Source of the DNA: Terriglobia bacterium
GTDB taxonomy: Bacteria; Acidobacteriota; Terriglobia; Versatilivoradales; Versatilivoraceae
Direction of reading: 5' to 3'
DNA length: 63,482 bases
Assembly: GCA_041476565.1 (NCBI GenBank)
Contig: JBGOTQ010000003.1
Span: 1-63,482, forward strand
This document shows positions 19,517 to 29,481 of the stretch, piece after piece (position 1 is the first letter of the stretch; each line of letters starts with the position of its first letter). The translations under genes were made by a program, and so were the position numbers. The notes under the pieces were generated by a model. The model did no database searches, was not told where the DNA came from, and worked only from the letters and a program-made list of their open reading frames with translations.

Positions 19517-20023
19517 TTATGCGTGGCTGCCTCGGACTCTAACGGTGGTCAAGGCGTGGTCGACGAGTGCTTGGACCTTGTCCTCCGTCTGGTTCCCGAC
19601 CGTTGCCACTTCACTGACCAATAGATAGCGGGCCCGGTCAAGCATCTTCTTTTCACGAAACGATAGGACTCGACTCTGGCTGAGAATGGAGAGGCTTTTC
19701 AGTACGTCGGCAACGTCAAAAATGCAGCCGGTCCGCATCTTGTCAGAGTTTTCTTTGAATCGGCTCTTCCAGTCGGAGTAGTTGGCAACCTTGACATTGC
19801 GGAGATGATCCAAGACTTTCGTTACATCTTCCTTCCTGATCAGCTTCCGCAAGCCCACGTCAGCAACATTACCCGTAGGCACCATCACCATCATGCTGTT
19901 GGAATAAATCTTGAGCTGGTAGAAAGCTTCTTCATGGCCGGAGACACTGCGAGTATTGATCCGCTCAATCACGCCCACTCCATGATTCGGATAAACCACC
20001 TTTTCACCAATTAGGAAATTCAT
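19517..20023 (-). CDS. carD: CarD family transcription factor
   Basis: FLIGEKVVYPNHGVGVIERI, MVPTGNV...GLR, LSFREKKMLDRAR. Confidence 0.92.
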   Translation of the reverse strand: MNFLIGEKVVYPNHGVGVIERINTRSVSGHEEAFYQLKIYSNSMMVMVPTGNVADVGLRKLIRKEDVTKVLDHLRNVKVANYSDWKSRFKENSDKMRTGCIFDVADVLKSLSILSQSRVLSFREKKMLDRARYLLVSEVATVGNQTEDKVQALVDHALTTVRVRGSHA

Positions 20024-20380
20024 AGGTCCTTCAAAGGAAGGGAAAACTAAAGGCAACACAAAGGCTTCAAAACTACATTCTACTCATTCCTCCTCCAGGA
20101 GTCAAACATGAAATTGGATGACACACAACATGACAATATAATTTATGCAAAAAGGCTAAGGCGCATTTTGAGAATCACCTGCAACTAAGCACGACGCAGG
20201 AACAACCTACCCCCGAAATCACGCCCCATCCGCAGACCCTTCGGGACTGATCTCCACCTTGATCTGGATTGAGGAACGGGCTGGCCAGGCGCACAGCAGA
20301 CCGACCCGGCAGTCAGCACTGCAACATCACCCCGAGTCTGACGGGTCTCCCTGGATTCCGGATCCATTTTAATTCTCACT

Positions 20381-20494
20381 TCATTGTTTTACTTTCCGGA
20401 CAGGAGGTTTCTGTTTACTCTTTTTGCGGCGGCGTTTTCCGAAAGTACCGCGAAAGATTTTCCCGCGCCTGGATCGTTGATCGCCTTTACCCAT
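20381..20494 (-). CDS. thx: 30S ribosomal protein Thx (bS31-like)
   Basis: MGKGDQRSRRGKIFRGTFGKRRRKK (37 aa), preceded by GGAGG-like RBS. Confidence 0.85.
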   Translation of the reverse strand: MGKGDQRSRRGKIFRGTFGKRRRKKSKQKPPVRKVKQ

Positions 20495-20559
20495 CTTGAA
20501 TTCCTCCAAACTCTCGTTTAGTACAAGAATGCAACACCTTGTTTTCCTGGGAAGATTTC

Positions 20560-20591
20560 GTGAAGCGCAGACCCGCTTATGAGGTCTGCAC
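20560..20591. repeat. REP-like palindrome GCGCAGACC..GGTCTGC
   Basis: Same arms as 38370..38400. Overlaps the stop codon of the TIGR00725-like gene. Confidence 0.6.
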
Positions 20592-21116
20592 CTCATGTTC
20601 TAGGTCTGAACTCGACGCCAATACTCGGGTTTCATATTTCTTGATGAGAGAAACGGCCTCTGCGGGGGACTCAGCAATGAAGACCTGTTTTTTCCCCAAA
20701 TCCTGGAAATACGACTTGGCCAAAGAAGCGGCTGCGAGGAGAATCACTTGCTTTCCAGCTTTTAATGCCAGTGCAATCTCCGAGGCTGTTCCTGCTCCTC
20801 CCTGCCCGCATGCCACAACGATGTGGCTAGAGAGGACATTGATGTTGTTCCTGGCGTTTCCCATGTCGGTCACAATGACCACGTCCACGTCAGGGGACGG
20901 CGTGGATTGGGGGTCGGGGAGAATGCCGATGGTCAAGCTTCCCGAAATCTGCTTCGCACCTTCATTGGCAGCTTTCATGACTCCAGAATCCCTTCCCCCG
21001 CTGAGCAACACCCAACCTTGTTTTGCGATCAGACGGCCCAAAGTGCGAGCGGTCTCCATCAGATGGGGATCCCTGTCATCTCCCGAACCCATGACACCCA
21101 CTACAAATCTCCTCAT
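20577..21116 (-). CDS. TIGR00725 / LOG-like nucleotide-binding protein
   Basis: VGVMGSG, LLSGG..GVMKAANEGA, TDMGNARNNINVLSS, GTASEIALALK. Confidence 0.85.
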   Translation of the reverse strand: MRRFVVGVMGSGDDRDPHLMETARTLGRLIAKQGWVLLSGGRDSGVMKAANEGAKQISGSLTIGILPDPQSTPSPDVDVVIVTDMGNARNNINVLSSHIVVACGQGGAGTASEIALALKAGKQVILLAAASLAKSYFQDLGKKQVFIAESPAEAVSLIKKYETRVLASSSDLEHEVQTS

Positions 21117-21156
21117 AGGTTTCCCCTCCTTTCCCCCTGAAGCTGTGAAAAAAAGC

Positions 21157-21259
21157 GCCGGGTCGGGGGACCTGGCCTACAAAGCTCCCGTAAAACTTTT
21201 GCAATGAGCGCAGACCGTTGAGGCTTTCTCAAACCTTGCGGTTTTCTCAAAACCGCAAG
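21157..21259. repeat. REP-like palindrome cluster
   Basis: GTAGGCCAGGTCCCCCGACCCGGC on minus (21157..21180) and perfect 11 bp IR CTTGCGGTTTT-CTC-AAAACCGCAAG (21235..21259). Confidence 0.55.
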
Positions 21260-21407
21260 CTCACACGGCGTTTTTCTGGAACTCCGTATTCTTTCACAGG
21301 TTTCCTCTGCGAAGGGAGAAGCAAGGCCATGTGGTTTGGGTTCCTCCCGAGTCCGGATCCGCCGAGTCAGCAGAGTATCCCACTCAGGACTGCGAGAGTT
21401 TTGCCGT

Positions 21408-22082
21408 TCACAATGGTTCGGAGCAGACTTCAATGATTTTCAGATCCTTATCTACAACTAGCTCAGCATCGGTGTTGCGTCGGACTTCATCCACGGTCAA
21501 GTGCGGTGCAATTTCCCGGAGAACCAGCCCTGCTGGGGTCACGTCGATCACGGTCATTTCCGTGATGATACGATCAACCGCAGCCAGGCCGGTTAACGGA
21601 AGAGAGCAATGGCGAAGAATCTTGGGTTTCCCATCTCGCGTGGTGTGTTCCATCGCCACGACCAATCGCTTCGCTCCCACGGCCAGATCCATGGCTCCAC
21701 CCATCCCCTTCACCATCCTCCCAGGGACCATCCAGTTGGCCAAATTCCCCTTTTCGTCAACCTCCATGGCTCCCAGGATGGCCAGATCGATGTGGCCACC
21801 CCGAATCATGGCAAACGCCTCATCGCTAGAGACGAAACAAGCGCCTCGTACTGCTGCCGCCGGTTCTTTGGCAGCGTTGATCAGGTCAGGATCTGGATCC
21901 TGGTCGGCCGGATGAAGCCCCATGCCAAGAAGACCGTTTTCCGAAAGAAAAAACACTTTCAACCCCGGCGGGACATACTGAGCGATCAGGGTCGGAAGTC
22001 CGATCCCTAATGTCACGTAAAGCCCGTCATGAAGCTCCAGAGCTGCTCGCCTCACAATGCATTCTCGTTTAGTATCACCCAT
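21408..22082 (-). CDS. scoB: 3-oxoacid CoA-transferase subunit B
   Basis: LGIGLPT, SENG catalytic motif, MIRGGHID..LGAMEV, GMGGAMDL. Confidence 0.93.
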   Translation of the reverse strand: MGDTKRECIVRRAALELHDGLYVTLGIGLPTLIAQYVPPGLKVFFLSENGLLGMGLHPADQDPDPDLINAAKEPAAAVRGACFVSSDEAFAMIRGGHIDLAILGAMEVDEKGNLANWMVPGRMVKGMGGAMDLAVGAKRLVVAMEHTTRDGKPKILRHCSLPLTGLAAVDRIITEMTVIDVTPAGLVLREIAPHLTVDEVRRNTDAELVVDKDLKIIEVCSEPL

Positions 22083-22130
22083 CTTCGATTCCTATCCAAG
22101 CCGTTGCCTGATCTGGCTTCATACATTGCG

Positions 22131-22817
22131 TCACGCCAGTTTAAGGTTGTCACGGTTCTGGTAGCCTGCTCCCTGGAAGATCGTCTTCACGTAGATACCG
22201 GGCGTGTGAATGAAGTCGGGGTCCATCTCTTCCGGCTCAACCAGTTGTTCGACCTCGGCAATAGTGACATTGGCTGCAGCGGCCATCACGGGGTTGAAAT
22301 TACGTGCGGTTTTGCGGTAGACCAAATTCCCGTAACAATCCCCCCTCCAAGCTTTCACGAAGGCAAAATCAGCCCGGAGCGGCAGTTCCAAAACATAGTG
22401 TCGGCCGTTCCAGGCCCGGGTTTCCTTGCCTTCGGCACTGATGGTTCCGTACCCTGTGGGTGTGAAAAAAGCGCCGAGACCGGCTCCTCCGGCCCGGATC
22501 CTTTCAGCAAAAGTGCCCTGAGGCAAGAGTTCGATTTCCAACTCACTCCTGAGGACGAGCTCTTCAAAAAGTTGGTTTTCCCCGACGAAACTGGAAATCA
22601 TCTTTCTAACTTGGCGCTGGCCAAGCAGCAAACCGATGCCGAAACCGTCTATCCCCCCATTATTACTAATGATCGTGAGGTTCCGAATCCCTTTTTCGTG
22701 CAGTGCCAGGATTAAATTCTCCGGAGTGCCGCAAAGGCCAAAGCCTCCGATCATGATCGAGGCTCCATCTTGTATCTCCGCAATGGCTTCGTGGGCATCG
22801 GAAACAGTCTTTTTCAT
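22131..22817 (-). CDS. scoA: 3-oxoacid CoA-transferase subunit A
   Basis: GGFGLCGTPENLI, SNNGG, PQGTFAERIRAGGAG, TARNFNP. Confidence 0.93.
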   Translation of the reverse strand: MKKTVSDAHEAIAEIQDGASIMIGGFGLCGTPENLILALHEKGIRNLTIISNNGGIDGFGIGLLLGQRQVRKMISSFVGENQLFEELVLRSELEIELLPQGTFAERIRAGGAGLGAFFTPTGYGTISAEGKETRAWNGRHYVLELPLRADFAFVKAWRGDCYGNLVYRKTARNFNPVMAAAANVTIAEVEQLVEPEEMDPDFIHTPGIYVKTIFQGAGYQNRDNLKLA

Positions 22818-22964
22818 GGTCCGCCCCAGGGGCTCACAAAGGACAATCCCACTCCTCTCGGGAAGAAATTCTCTCGGTCGTTTAACGACGACCAACAATC
22901 ACCCGGAAACCAGACTCACCCCATTCGGTCTCCTCCCCGACGCCCGACACCTAGCACCTGACAC

Positions 22965-23987
22965 CTACATCCGCCGTCCAACCACGGGAGCAATTACCGC
23001 CAATTCTTCCATCAGCTTTTGAAACTCGGCAGGAAACAACGACTGTGCCCCATCGCTGAGTGCCTGGTCGGGGTGTGGGTGAACCTCCACTAGCAGCCCA
23101 TCGGCCCCGGCGGCCACTGCAGCACGGGACATGGGGGGAACCTTATCCCGACGCCCGGTGCCGTGAGACGGGTCAACAACGATCGGCAAATGAGAGAGTT
23201 TCTTGATTACAGGAATCGCCGAAATATCCAGGGTGTTATGAGGGTAGTTCTCGAAGGTCCGGATCCCACGTTCACAAAGAATTACATCGGGATTTCCACC
23301 TGTCATAATGTATTCAGCAGAGACCAATAGCTCTTCAAGAGTGGCTGCGGTGCCTCTCTTGAGCAGGACGGGCTTGCGAACCTTTCCAAGATCCCGCAGC
23401 AGATGAAAGTTCTGCATATTTCGGGCCCCAACCTGGAGGATGTCAACATACTCACGGAACAGAGGAATCTGAGGGCTTTCCAATATTTCACTTACCACGA
23501 GCAACCCATGGCGATCTGCGGCCTCGCGTAGCAGGCGGAGGCCCGCCTCGCCCATTCCTTCAAAGCTGTAAGGAGAAGTTCTGGATTTGAAGGCACCCCC
23601 ACGGAGAACTCTCCCCCCGCAGTGCCGGACAGTCTCGGCTACGTCAAGCATCTGTTCCCGGCTCTCCACGCTGCAAGGCCCAGCCATCACCACCAGCTGG
23701 TCTCCCCCGATTTCGACATGATGCGAGCCGTTGCTGAGACGGATGCGAGTGCCCTCAGGCTTGAACTGTCGGCTGGCCAGCTTATAGGGGGTTGTGACTC
23801 GAACAACCTCGCGTACACCTTCCATCAACTCGATGTCTCGAGCGTCGATGATTCTATTTCCAACCACCCCCAGTACTGTGCGTGTCATACCGGTTGAGCG
23901 ATGGATATCAAATCCTAAATTCACCAGCCTTTCGACAACCCGCTGAATCTGAGTCTCCGCAGCTCCTTCTTCCATGACAACAATCAT
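22965..23987 (-). CDS. aroF: DAHP synthase, type I-beta with N-terminal regulatory extension
   Basis: MAGPCSVES, RGGAFKSRTSPYSF, QVGARNMQNF, LCERGIRTFE, VDPSHGTG. Confidence 0.93.
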   Translation of the reverse strand: MIVVMEEGAAETQIQRVVERLVNLGFDIHRSTGMTRTVLGVVGNRIIDARDIELMEGVREVVRVTTPYKLASRQFKPEGTRIRLSNGSHHVEIGGDQLVVMAGPCSVESREQMLDVAETVRHCGGRVLRGGAFKSRTSPYSFEGMGEAGLRLLREAADRHGLLVVSEILESPQIPLFREYVDILQVGARNMQNFHLLRDLGKVRKPVLLKRGTAATLEELLVSAEYIMTGGNPDVILCERGIRTFENYPHNTLDISAIPVIKKLSHLPIVVDPSHGTGRRDKVPPMSRAAVAAGADGLLVEVHPHPDQALSDGAQSLFPAEFQKLMEELAVIAPVVGRRM

Positions 23988-24283
23988 GATTGCTTGGCCT
24001 CCTTGTCGGATCGGCGCTCACCGGCCATCAAGCGTTCCACGCGGCGGGATTCATCCAGAATTCTTTCGAATAGCCGGATCAAAGCCTCATTTTCCATGGG
24101 CCCTCGGTTATTCCGGGTTACGCGGGCGACAATGTCCTTCTCACGTTCCGGGTCGTAAATGGGGAGACCGCATTGTCGCTTGATTTTTCCGATTTCAATG
24201 ACTCAGTGAGACCGCTCGCTGAGCAACTCTGTGAGCTTCTCATCAATTTCATCAATCCTTTTTCGCCAGTCGGCAATATCCAT
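23984..24283 (-). CDS. Chorismate mutase (AroQ) with in-frame UGA at codon 27; candidate selenoprotein or recoded gene
   Basis: MDIADWRKRIDEIDEKLTELLSERSH*VIEIGKIKRQCGLPIYDPEREKDIVARV...LFERILDESRRVER. AAGGAG RBS upstream. The final stop overlaps the aroF ATG. Missing from the ORF track. Confidence 0.9.
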
Positions 24284-24286
24284 TGG

Positions 24287-25081
24287 TCAAGACTCTCCTT
24301 TTAGCCACCGCGCGAAATTGCCGACTATTTCGGGCAGGCGCGGATTACCTGATGTCTCTTCGATACAGCGAACGATGGCACTGCCTACAACAACGCCGTC
24401 TGCCAGTTTCTCGACTTCCCGAACCTGTTCCGGACGGGAAATCCCAAAACCCACGGCTACTGGCAAACGGGAATGAGCACGGATTCGATGAATTAAAGGC
24501 GCAATCTCGCTGGACAATGAGTTCTGTATCCCGGTCACCCCCGTGCGGGAGATTGCATAGATGAAACCGGAAGAATAATGAGAAATCCGCTGAATTCGGT
24601 CATTTGTGCTGGTTGGGGCAGCCAAGAAAACCGAATCCAATCCAACGCGCCGCATGGTCTCGACAGGAACGGCCGCCTCTTCCACCGAGATATCCGTAAT
24701 CAGGAACCCGTCTACGCCGCTTTCCACGGCTTGCTTGGCCACGGCTTCGAAGCCGTAAGAGAAGAGGGGGTTGTAATAACTGAACAACAGCAAAGGAACT
24801 TCTGTCTTCTTTCGCAACTGCTGAACCAGTTCCAATGCGTTCTTCAACTTAAAGCCGCCTCTGAGGGAGCGTTCGCTCGCCCGCTGTATCACGGGGCCGT
24901 CTGCCAGAGGATCAGAAAAAGGGACTCCCAACTCGATTATATCGGCACCAGCCTGCTCGAGGGACAGCACTAACTTGAAGGTAGTATCAAGGTCAGGATC
25001 CCCGATAGTGATGTAAGGGATGAACGCTTTCTTGCCAGCCTTCTGCAATTGCTGGAATTTGGCTTGGATTCGAGTTGCCAT
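24287..25081 (-). CDS. trpA: Tryptophan synthase alpha chain
   Basis: IELGVPFSDPLADGPVIQ, SRTGVTG, VGFGIS, GVVVGSAIV. Confidence 0.97.
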   Translation of the reverse strand: MATRIQAKFQQLQKAGKKAFIPYITIGDPDLDTTFKLVLSLEQAGADIIELGVPFSDPLADGPVIQRASERSLRGGFKLKNALELVQQLRKKTEVPLLLFSYYNPLFSYGFEAVAKQAVESGVDGFLITDISVEEAAVPVETMRRVGLDSVFLAAPTSTNDRIQRISHYSSGFIYAISRTGVTGIQNSLSSEIAPLIHRIRAHSRLPVAVGFGISRPEQVREVEKLADGVVVGSAIVRCIEETSGNPRLPEIVGNFARWLKGES

Positions 25082-25198
25082 TAGTCACCATCTTGAAATG
25101 GGCTAGAGACGAATCTTCGATTGAATGATTAAAGGCTTCCGAGCGGGCTCTCGGTGCAAGAATCGGAAAGAGACCAGGGGAACTTCTACAGGAGAATG

Positions 25199-26395
25199 TC
25201 ACTCCAGTCGTGCCACGCTCTGAACGTCTTTATCTCCCCGCCCGGACAAATTGATGACCATCAAATTTCCCGGACGCAACGTTGGCGCCAGACGGATGGC
25301 CTCGGCGACAGCATGAGCACTCTCCAGAGCTGGGATGATTCCCTCCAAACGGCTCAGCAGGTGAAAAGCTTCAAGGGCTGCAGCATCGTCGATGGAGGTA
25401 TAACGAATACGTCCCAAATCGTGTAAGTAGGCGTGTTCCGGTCCGACCGACGCATAATCGAGACCCGCCGAGACCGAATGAGTGGTCGCGATCTGCCCAT
25501 CCTCAGTCTGCAAGACGTAGGAGAAGGTGCCCTGGAGAATTCCCGGCCTGCCGCCGCCGAAACGGGAGGCGTGTTGTCCCAATTGTGGGCCCCGCCCTCC
25601 TGCTTCTACACCGATCATTGCGACTTCCGAATCTGCCAGGAAGGGATGAAACAGGCCAATGGAATTACTTCCTCCTCCGACACAAGCAAGGAGCAGGTCC
25701 GGCAGCCGTCCCTCTTTTTCCAGAATCTGTGTTCGAGTCTCTCGGCCGATGATGGACTGAAAATCACGCACCATCATGGGATAAGGGTGAGAACTCAGGA
25801 CCGATCCCAACAGATAGTAGGTGGTTCGAACGTTAGTTACCCAATCACGGATCGCCTCATTAATGGCATCCTTGAGGGTCCTACTGCCGCTAGATACGCA
25901 GTGCACTTTAGCCCCGAGAAGCCGCATCCGATACACATTTAACTCCTGGCGTTGCATGTCCTCTTCGCCCATGTAGACTTCGCAATCCAGGTTCAACAAA
26001 GCACAGACGGTTGCAGTAGCCACGCCGTGCTGGCCAGCCCCCGTCTCGGCAATGACCCGCTTTTTCTCCATTCGCTTGGCCAGCAGTCCCTGACCCAGAC
26101 AGTTGTTGATCTTGTGTGCCCCCGTGTGATTGAGATCTTCACGTTTCAAGTAAATCCGGGCGCTCCCCAGTTGCTGCGTCAATCGCCTGGCGTAATACAG
26201 TGGGGTTGGACGCCCTGCGTACTCATGCCAGTAATATTGAAGTTCGGCTTGAAAGTCCGGATCCTGGCGAGCGACGTGATAAGCTTGCTCCAGTTCTTCC
26301 AGTGGTTGCATCAGCGTCTCGGGGACAAACTTCCCCCCATAAGGCCCGTAATGGCCTTGGGCATCGGGAAATTGGCTAGACTGAAACTCCGGCAT
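25199..26395 (-). CDS. trpB: Tryptophan synthase beta chain
   Basis: [43 protein letters not shown]. Confidence 0.98.
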   Translation of the reverse strand: MPEFQSSQFPDAQGHYGPYGGKFVPETLMQPLEELEQAYHVARQDPDFQAELQYYWHEYAGRPTPLYYARRLTQQLGSARIYLKREDLNHTGAHKINNCLGQGLLAKRMEKKRVIAETGAGQHGVATATVCALLNLDCEVYMGEEDMQRQELNVYRMRLLGAKVHCVSSGSRTLKDAINEAIRDWVTNVRTTYYLLGSVLSSHPYPMMVRDFQSIIGRETRTQILEKEGRLPDLLLACVGGGSNSIGLFHPFLADSEVAMIGVEAGGRGPQLGQHASRFGGGRPGILQGTFSYVLQTEDGQIATTHSVSAGLDYASVGPEHAYLHDLGRIRYTSIDDAAALEAFHLLSRLEGIIPALESAHAVAEAIRLAPTLRPGNLMVINLSGRGDKDVQSVARLE

Positions 26396-26404
26396 CAGAC
26401 TCCC

Positions 26405-27052
26405 TCAATGAACATAATCCTTGGACATATCCGATTGGGCCCTCCGGATTTCGCGGAAGAGCGCATCCAGTTTCTTGAAGTCCTTCTTGCCTGGTTCGGT
26501 CTCTACCCCACTGCACACATCAACGGCGTAAGGCTCGACCTTTCGGATGGCCTCATAAATATTCTCGGGTCCCAGCCCTCCGGCAAGGATGATTCGACCG
26601 TGTTTCTTGGCCTCGATAGCCAGGTCCCAATTAAATGTTTTTCCGGTTCCTCCGTGTACGCCTTCTTCATAGGCGTCCAGAAGAAATGCATTGACAGCGT
26701 ACCGAGACACTTGGCTCATGTCGAATGTGGCATCTACTCGAAATGCCTTGATTACCCGGAGCTCGCTCAAGTGCTTGATGTACTCTGCAGTTTCTGAGCC
26801 ATGCAGTTGCACCGTGCCCATTCCCATGGCGTGCGTCATGCTCATGACTCGGTCGGGGCTGAATTCATCCACAAAGACTCCGATCAGCGACACGATAGGA
26901 GGCAGAGCTTCCACGATTGACTTGGCTTTGGCTGGTTCGATATATCTCGGGCTTCTCTTGTAGAAATTGAAGCCCAAGGCATCTGCTCCCAGGGCAATAG
27001 CGGCCTCTGCATCCTGGATGTCCGTAATTCCGCATATCTTGATCTTAGTCAT
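26405..27052 (-). CDS. trpF: Phosphoribosylanthranilate isomerase
   Basis: KIKICGIT, VQLHGSE, GGTGKTFNW, LAGGL, VDVCSGVE. Confidence 0.96.
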   Translation of the reverse strand: MTKIKICGITDIQDAEAAIALGADALGFNFYKRSPRYIEPAKAKSIVEALPPIVSLIGVFVDEFSPDRVMSMTHAMGMGTVQLHGSETAEYIKHLSELRVIKAFRVDATFDMSQVSRYAVNAFLLDAYEEGVHGGTGKTFNWDLAIEAKKHGRIILAGGLGPENIYEAIRKVEPYAVDVCSGVETEPGKKDFKKLDALFREIRRAQSDMSKDYVH

Positions 27053-27058
27053 GACTCC

Positions 27059-27862
27059 TCAGTTGAGGCTTCTAATCATTAATTCGCGCAAGGTCTTTCC
27101 CGGGTTTGGAGACTTCATGAGGTGTTCACCGATAAGAAACGCATCCACCCCTGCTTCGCGAAGCAGTCGGACATCATCAGCGGTACTGATACCACTCTCG
27201 CTGACCAGGATTGTTTTTTCCGGGACCTGAGGCGCCAACTGCAAGGTAGTCTGCAGGTCGACCCTAAATGTGGTTAGATCGCGATTGTTAATCCCGATGA
27301 TCTCAGCCCTACAATCCACGGCTTTTTCCAGTTCAGCTTGATTATGGACTTCGACCACAATGCTTAGACCCGCACGGTCGGCGACGGTCAAAAGCTGCGA
27401 CAGCGAAGCAGCGTCCAGGATTGCCGCAATCAGTAGAATCGCATCGGCACCGGCGGCACTGGCTTCGTAAACCTGGTATGGATCGATAATAAAGTCTTTT
27501 CTTAAGACCGGGCAAGAAACACTTTGTTTCACTTGTTTCAAGTCTTCCAAAGATCCAAGGAAATAATCTTCTTCAGTGAGAACAGAGATAGCCGCAGCGC
27601 CGTGAGACTCGTAAGCAACGCCCAACTCCGCCGGGTCGACATGCCCTCGCAAAAGGCCTCTAGACGGAGAGGCTCGCTTGATTTCCGCGATGAAGTTGAG
27701 ACGGTCGGTTCGGTCCAAGGTGACGAAGAATGGACGCTGGTTGGAAGGCTTTTTGGCCGCTGGGCGCACTACCTGTTCGGCTAGGAGTGGATACTCCCTT
27801 TTCTTTTTTTCCAGCTTGGAACGTTTCTGTTCGACGATGCGGGCTAAGAAGTTGGTTTCCAT
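27059..27862 (-). CDS. trpC: Indole-3-glycerol phosphate synthase
   Basis: IAEIKRASPS, PVLRKDFI, IGINNRDL, VSESGI. Confidence 0.97.
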   Translation of the reverse strand: METNFLARIVEQKRSKLEKKKREYPLLAEQVVRPAAKKPSNQRPFFVTLDRTDRLNFIAEIKRASPSRGLLRGHVDPAELGVAYESHGAAAISVLTEEDYFLGSLEDLKQVKQSVSCPVLRKDFIIDPYQVYEASAAGADAILLIAAILDAASLSQLLTVADRAGLSIVVEVHNQAELEKAVDCRAEIIGINNRDLTTFRVDLQTTLQLAPQVPEKTILVSESGISTADDVRLLREAGVDAFLIGEHLMKSPNPGKTLRELMIRSLN

Positions 27863-27871
27863 ATTCCGCGC

Positions 27872-28912
27872 TCAGGCCATTGGCAAATTCGTAAAGGTGA
27901 TAAGCTGCTCAAGTTTGCGAAACGCTTGACCGCTCTCCAAAGATTCCCGGGCCAACGCCAAGCCGGCCAGAAGGGAATCAGTCCGGTCTGCGACATAGAT
28001 TCCAGCAGCTGCGTTCAGCAAGACGGCATCCCGCTCAGGGCCATCCCGGACTCCTTCCAAAATCTCCTTTAAGATCCGACTATTCTCAGTTGCATCGCCG
28101 CCTCGGAGGCACTCGGAAGGGCTGCGGCTCAGCCCAACGTCCTCAGGGGTCAAGAAGCGGGTCTGAACCGATCCTCGCCGCAATTCCGAGAGCTTCGTCG
28201 AGCCTGAAACGGAAATCTCGTCCAGCCCCTCCTCGCCGGAAAAAACCAGCGCTCTTTCACAGCCGAGTACATCCAATACCTGGACGAAAATCTCAGTCAG
28301 TTGGGGCGAGTAGACCCCTATGATCTGTCTCTTGACCCTCGCGGGATTAGATAGAGGACCCAAAAGGTTGAATATGGTTCGAATCCCCATCTCCCTCCGG
28401 ACCTTGGCCACGATTCGCATGGCTGGATGAAATGAAGGGGCAAATAAGAACGTAATGCCGCACTTTTTCAAACAGTCTTCCAGAACCCCCTTGGGAGCAT
28501 CGACCCTTACGCCCAGGTAGGTCAGGACATCAGCGCTCCCGCACTGCCCTGAAATGGCTCGGTTCCCATGTTTGGCGACCCGAATTCCTGCGCCCGCAAT
28601 GACGAAGGCCGCTGCCGTGGAGATATTGAAGGTTCTTGTGCTGTCTCCGCCCGTGCCTGCCGTGTCTACTACTACTTCTTCTTCATTGTGGCTGAACTTC
28701 ACTGCATGCCGGCGCATTCCGCGTGCAAACCCGACAATCTCGCTGACCGACTCCCCTTTCCAGGCCAGTGCTGTCAACAGAGTGGCCATCTGGATTTCAC
28801 TCAGCTGTTCGTCGAATATGACCTCCAGTAGCTGGTCCGCTTCGTCTATCCCCAGATCCTCTCGACGATACAGTTTCTTAAGGCACTCATTGTAGAGATC
28901 ACTGCAGTTCAT
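27872..28912 (-). CDS. trpD: Anthranilate phosphoribosyltransferase
   Basis: [28 protein letters not shown]. Confidence 0.97.
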   Translation of the reverse strand: MNCSDLYNECLKKLYRREDLGIDEADQLLEVIFDEQLSEIQMATLLTALAWKGESVSEIVGFARGMRRHAVKFSHNEEEVVVDTAGTGGDSTRTFNISTAAAFVIAGAGIRVAKHGNRAISGQCGSADVLTYLGVRVDAPKGVLEDCLKKCGITFLFAPSFHPAMRIVAKVRREMGIRTIFNLLGPLSNPARVKRQIIGVYSPQLTEIFVQVLDVLGCERALVFSGEEGLDEISVSGSTKLSELRRGSVQTRFLTPEDVGLSRSPSECLRGGDATENSRILKEILEGVRDGPERDAVLLNAAAGIYVADRTDSLLAGLALARESLESGQAFRKLEQLITFTNLPMA

Positions 28913-29472
28913 AATCCCAGAAAGTTGGCTAGGAGCTGCTTACCCTCATGGGTCATTATGGATTCCGGGTGGAACTGAACTCCTTCGACTGGGTATTCCT
29001 TGTGGCGAAGGCCCATGATCAGTCCATCAGTTGTTGTGGCTGAGACTTCCAAACATTTAGGCAAACTCTTTCTTTCCACAATCAGGGAATGGTAGCGCGT
29101 GGCTGGAAAGCGGTAAGGCAGCCCCTTAAAAATTGTCCGATTGTCATGGCAGACTTCGCTGGTCTTGCCGTGCATCAAGTACGGAGCTCTGACCACCTTG
29201 CCTCCGAATGCCTGTCCAATGGCCTGGTGCCCGAGGCAGACACCCAGGATTGGAACTTTGCCAGAAAAAAACTTGACGACGCCGAGAGAGATCCCCGCCT
29301 GGTCGGGGGTACCGGGCCCGGGAGAAATCACAATCCGATTCGGTTTCAAAGCCTCGATCTCGGTAACCTCAATTTTGTCATTCCGATGGACTTGAAGTTC
29401 TTCACCCAGTTCCCCCAAATACTGCACCAGGTTGTAAGTGAAGGAGTCGTAGTTGTCAATTACCAGGATCAT
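28909..29472 (-). CDS. trpG: Anthranilate synthase glutamine amidotransferase subunit
   Basis: [29 protein letters not shown]. Confidence 0.96.
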   Translation of the reverse strand: MILVIDNYDSFTYNLVQYLGELGEELQVHRNDKIEVTEIEALKPNRIVISPGPGTPDQAGISLGVVKFFSGKVPILGVCLGHQAIGQAFGGKVVRAPYLMHGKTSEVCHDNRTIFKGLPYRFPATRYHSLIVERKSLPKCLEVSATTTDGLIMGLRHKEYPVEGVQFHPESIMTHEGKQLLANFLGL

Positions 29473-29481
29473 GGCGCCTCA

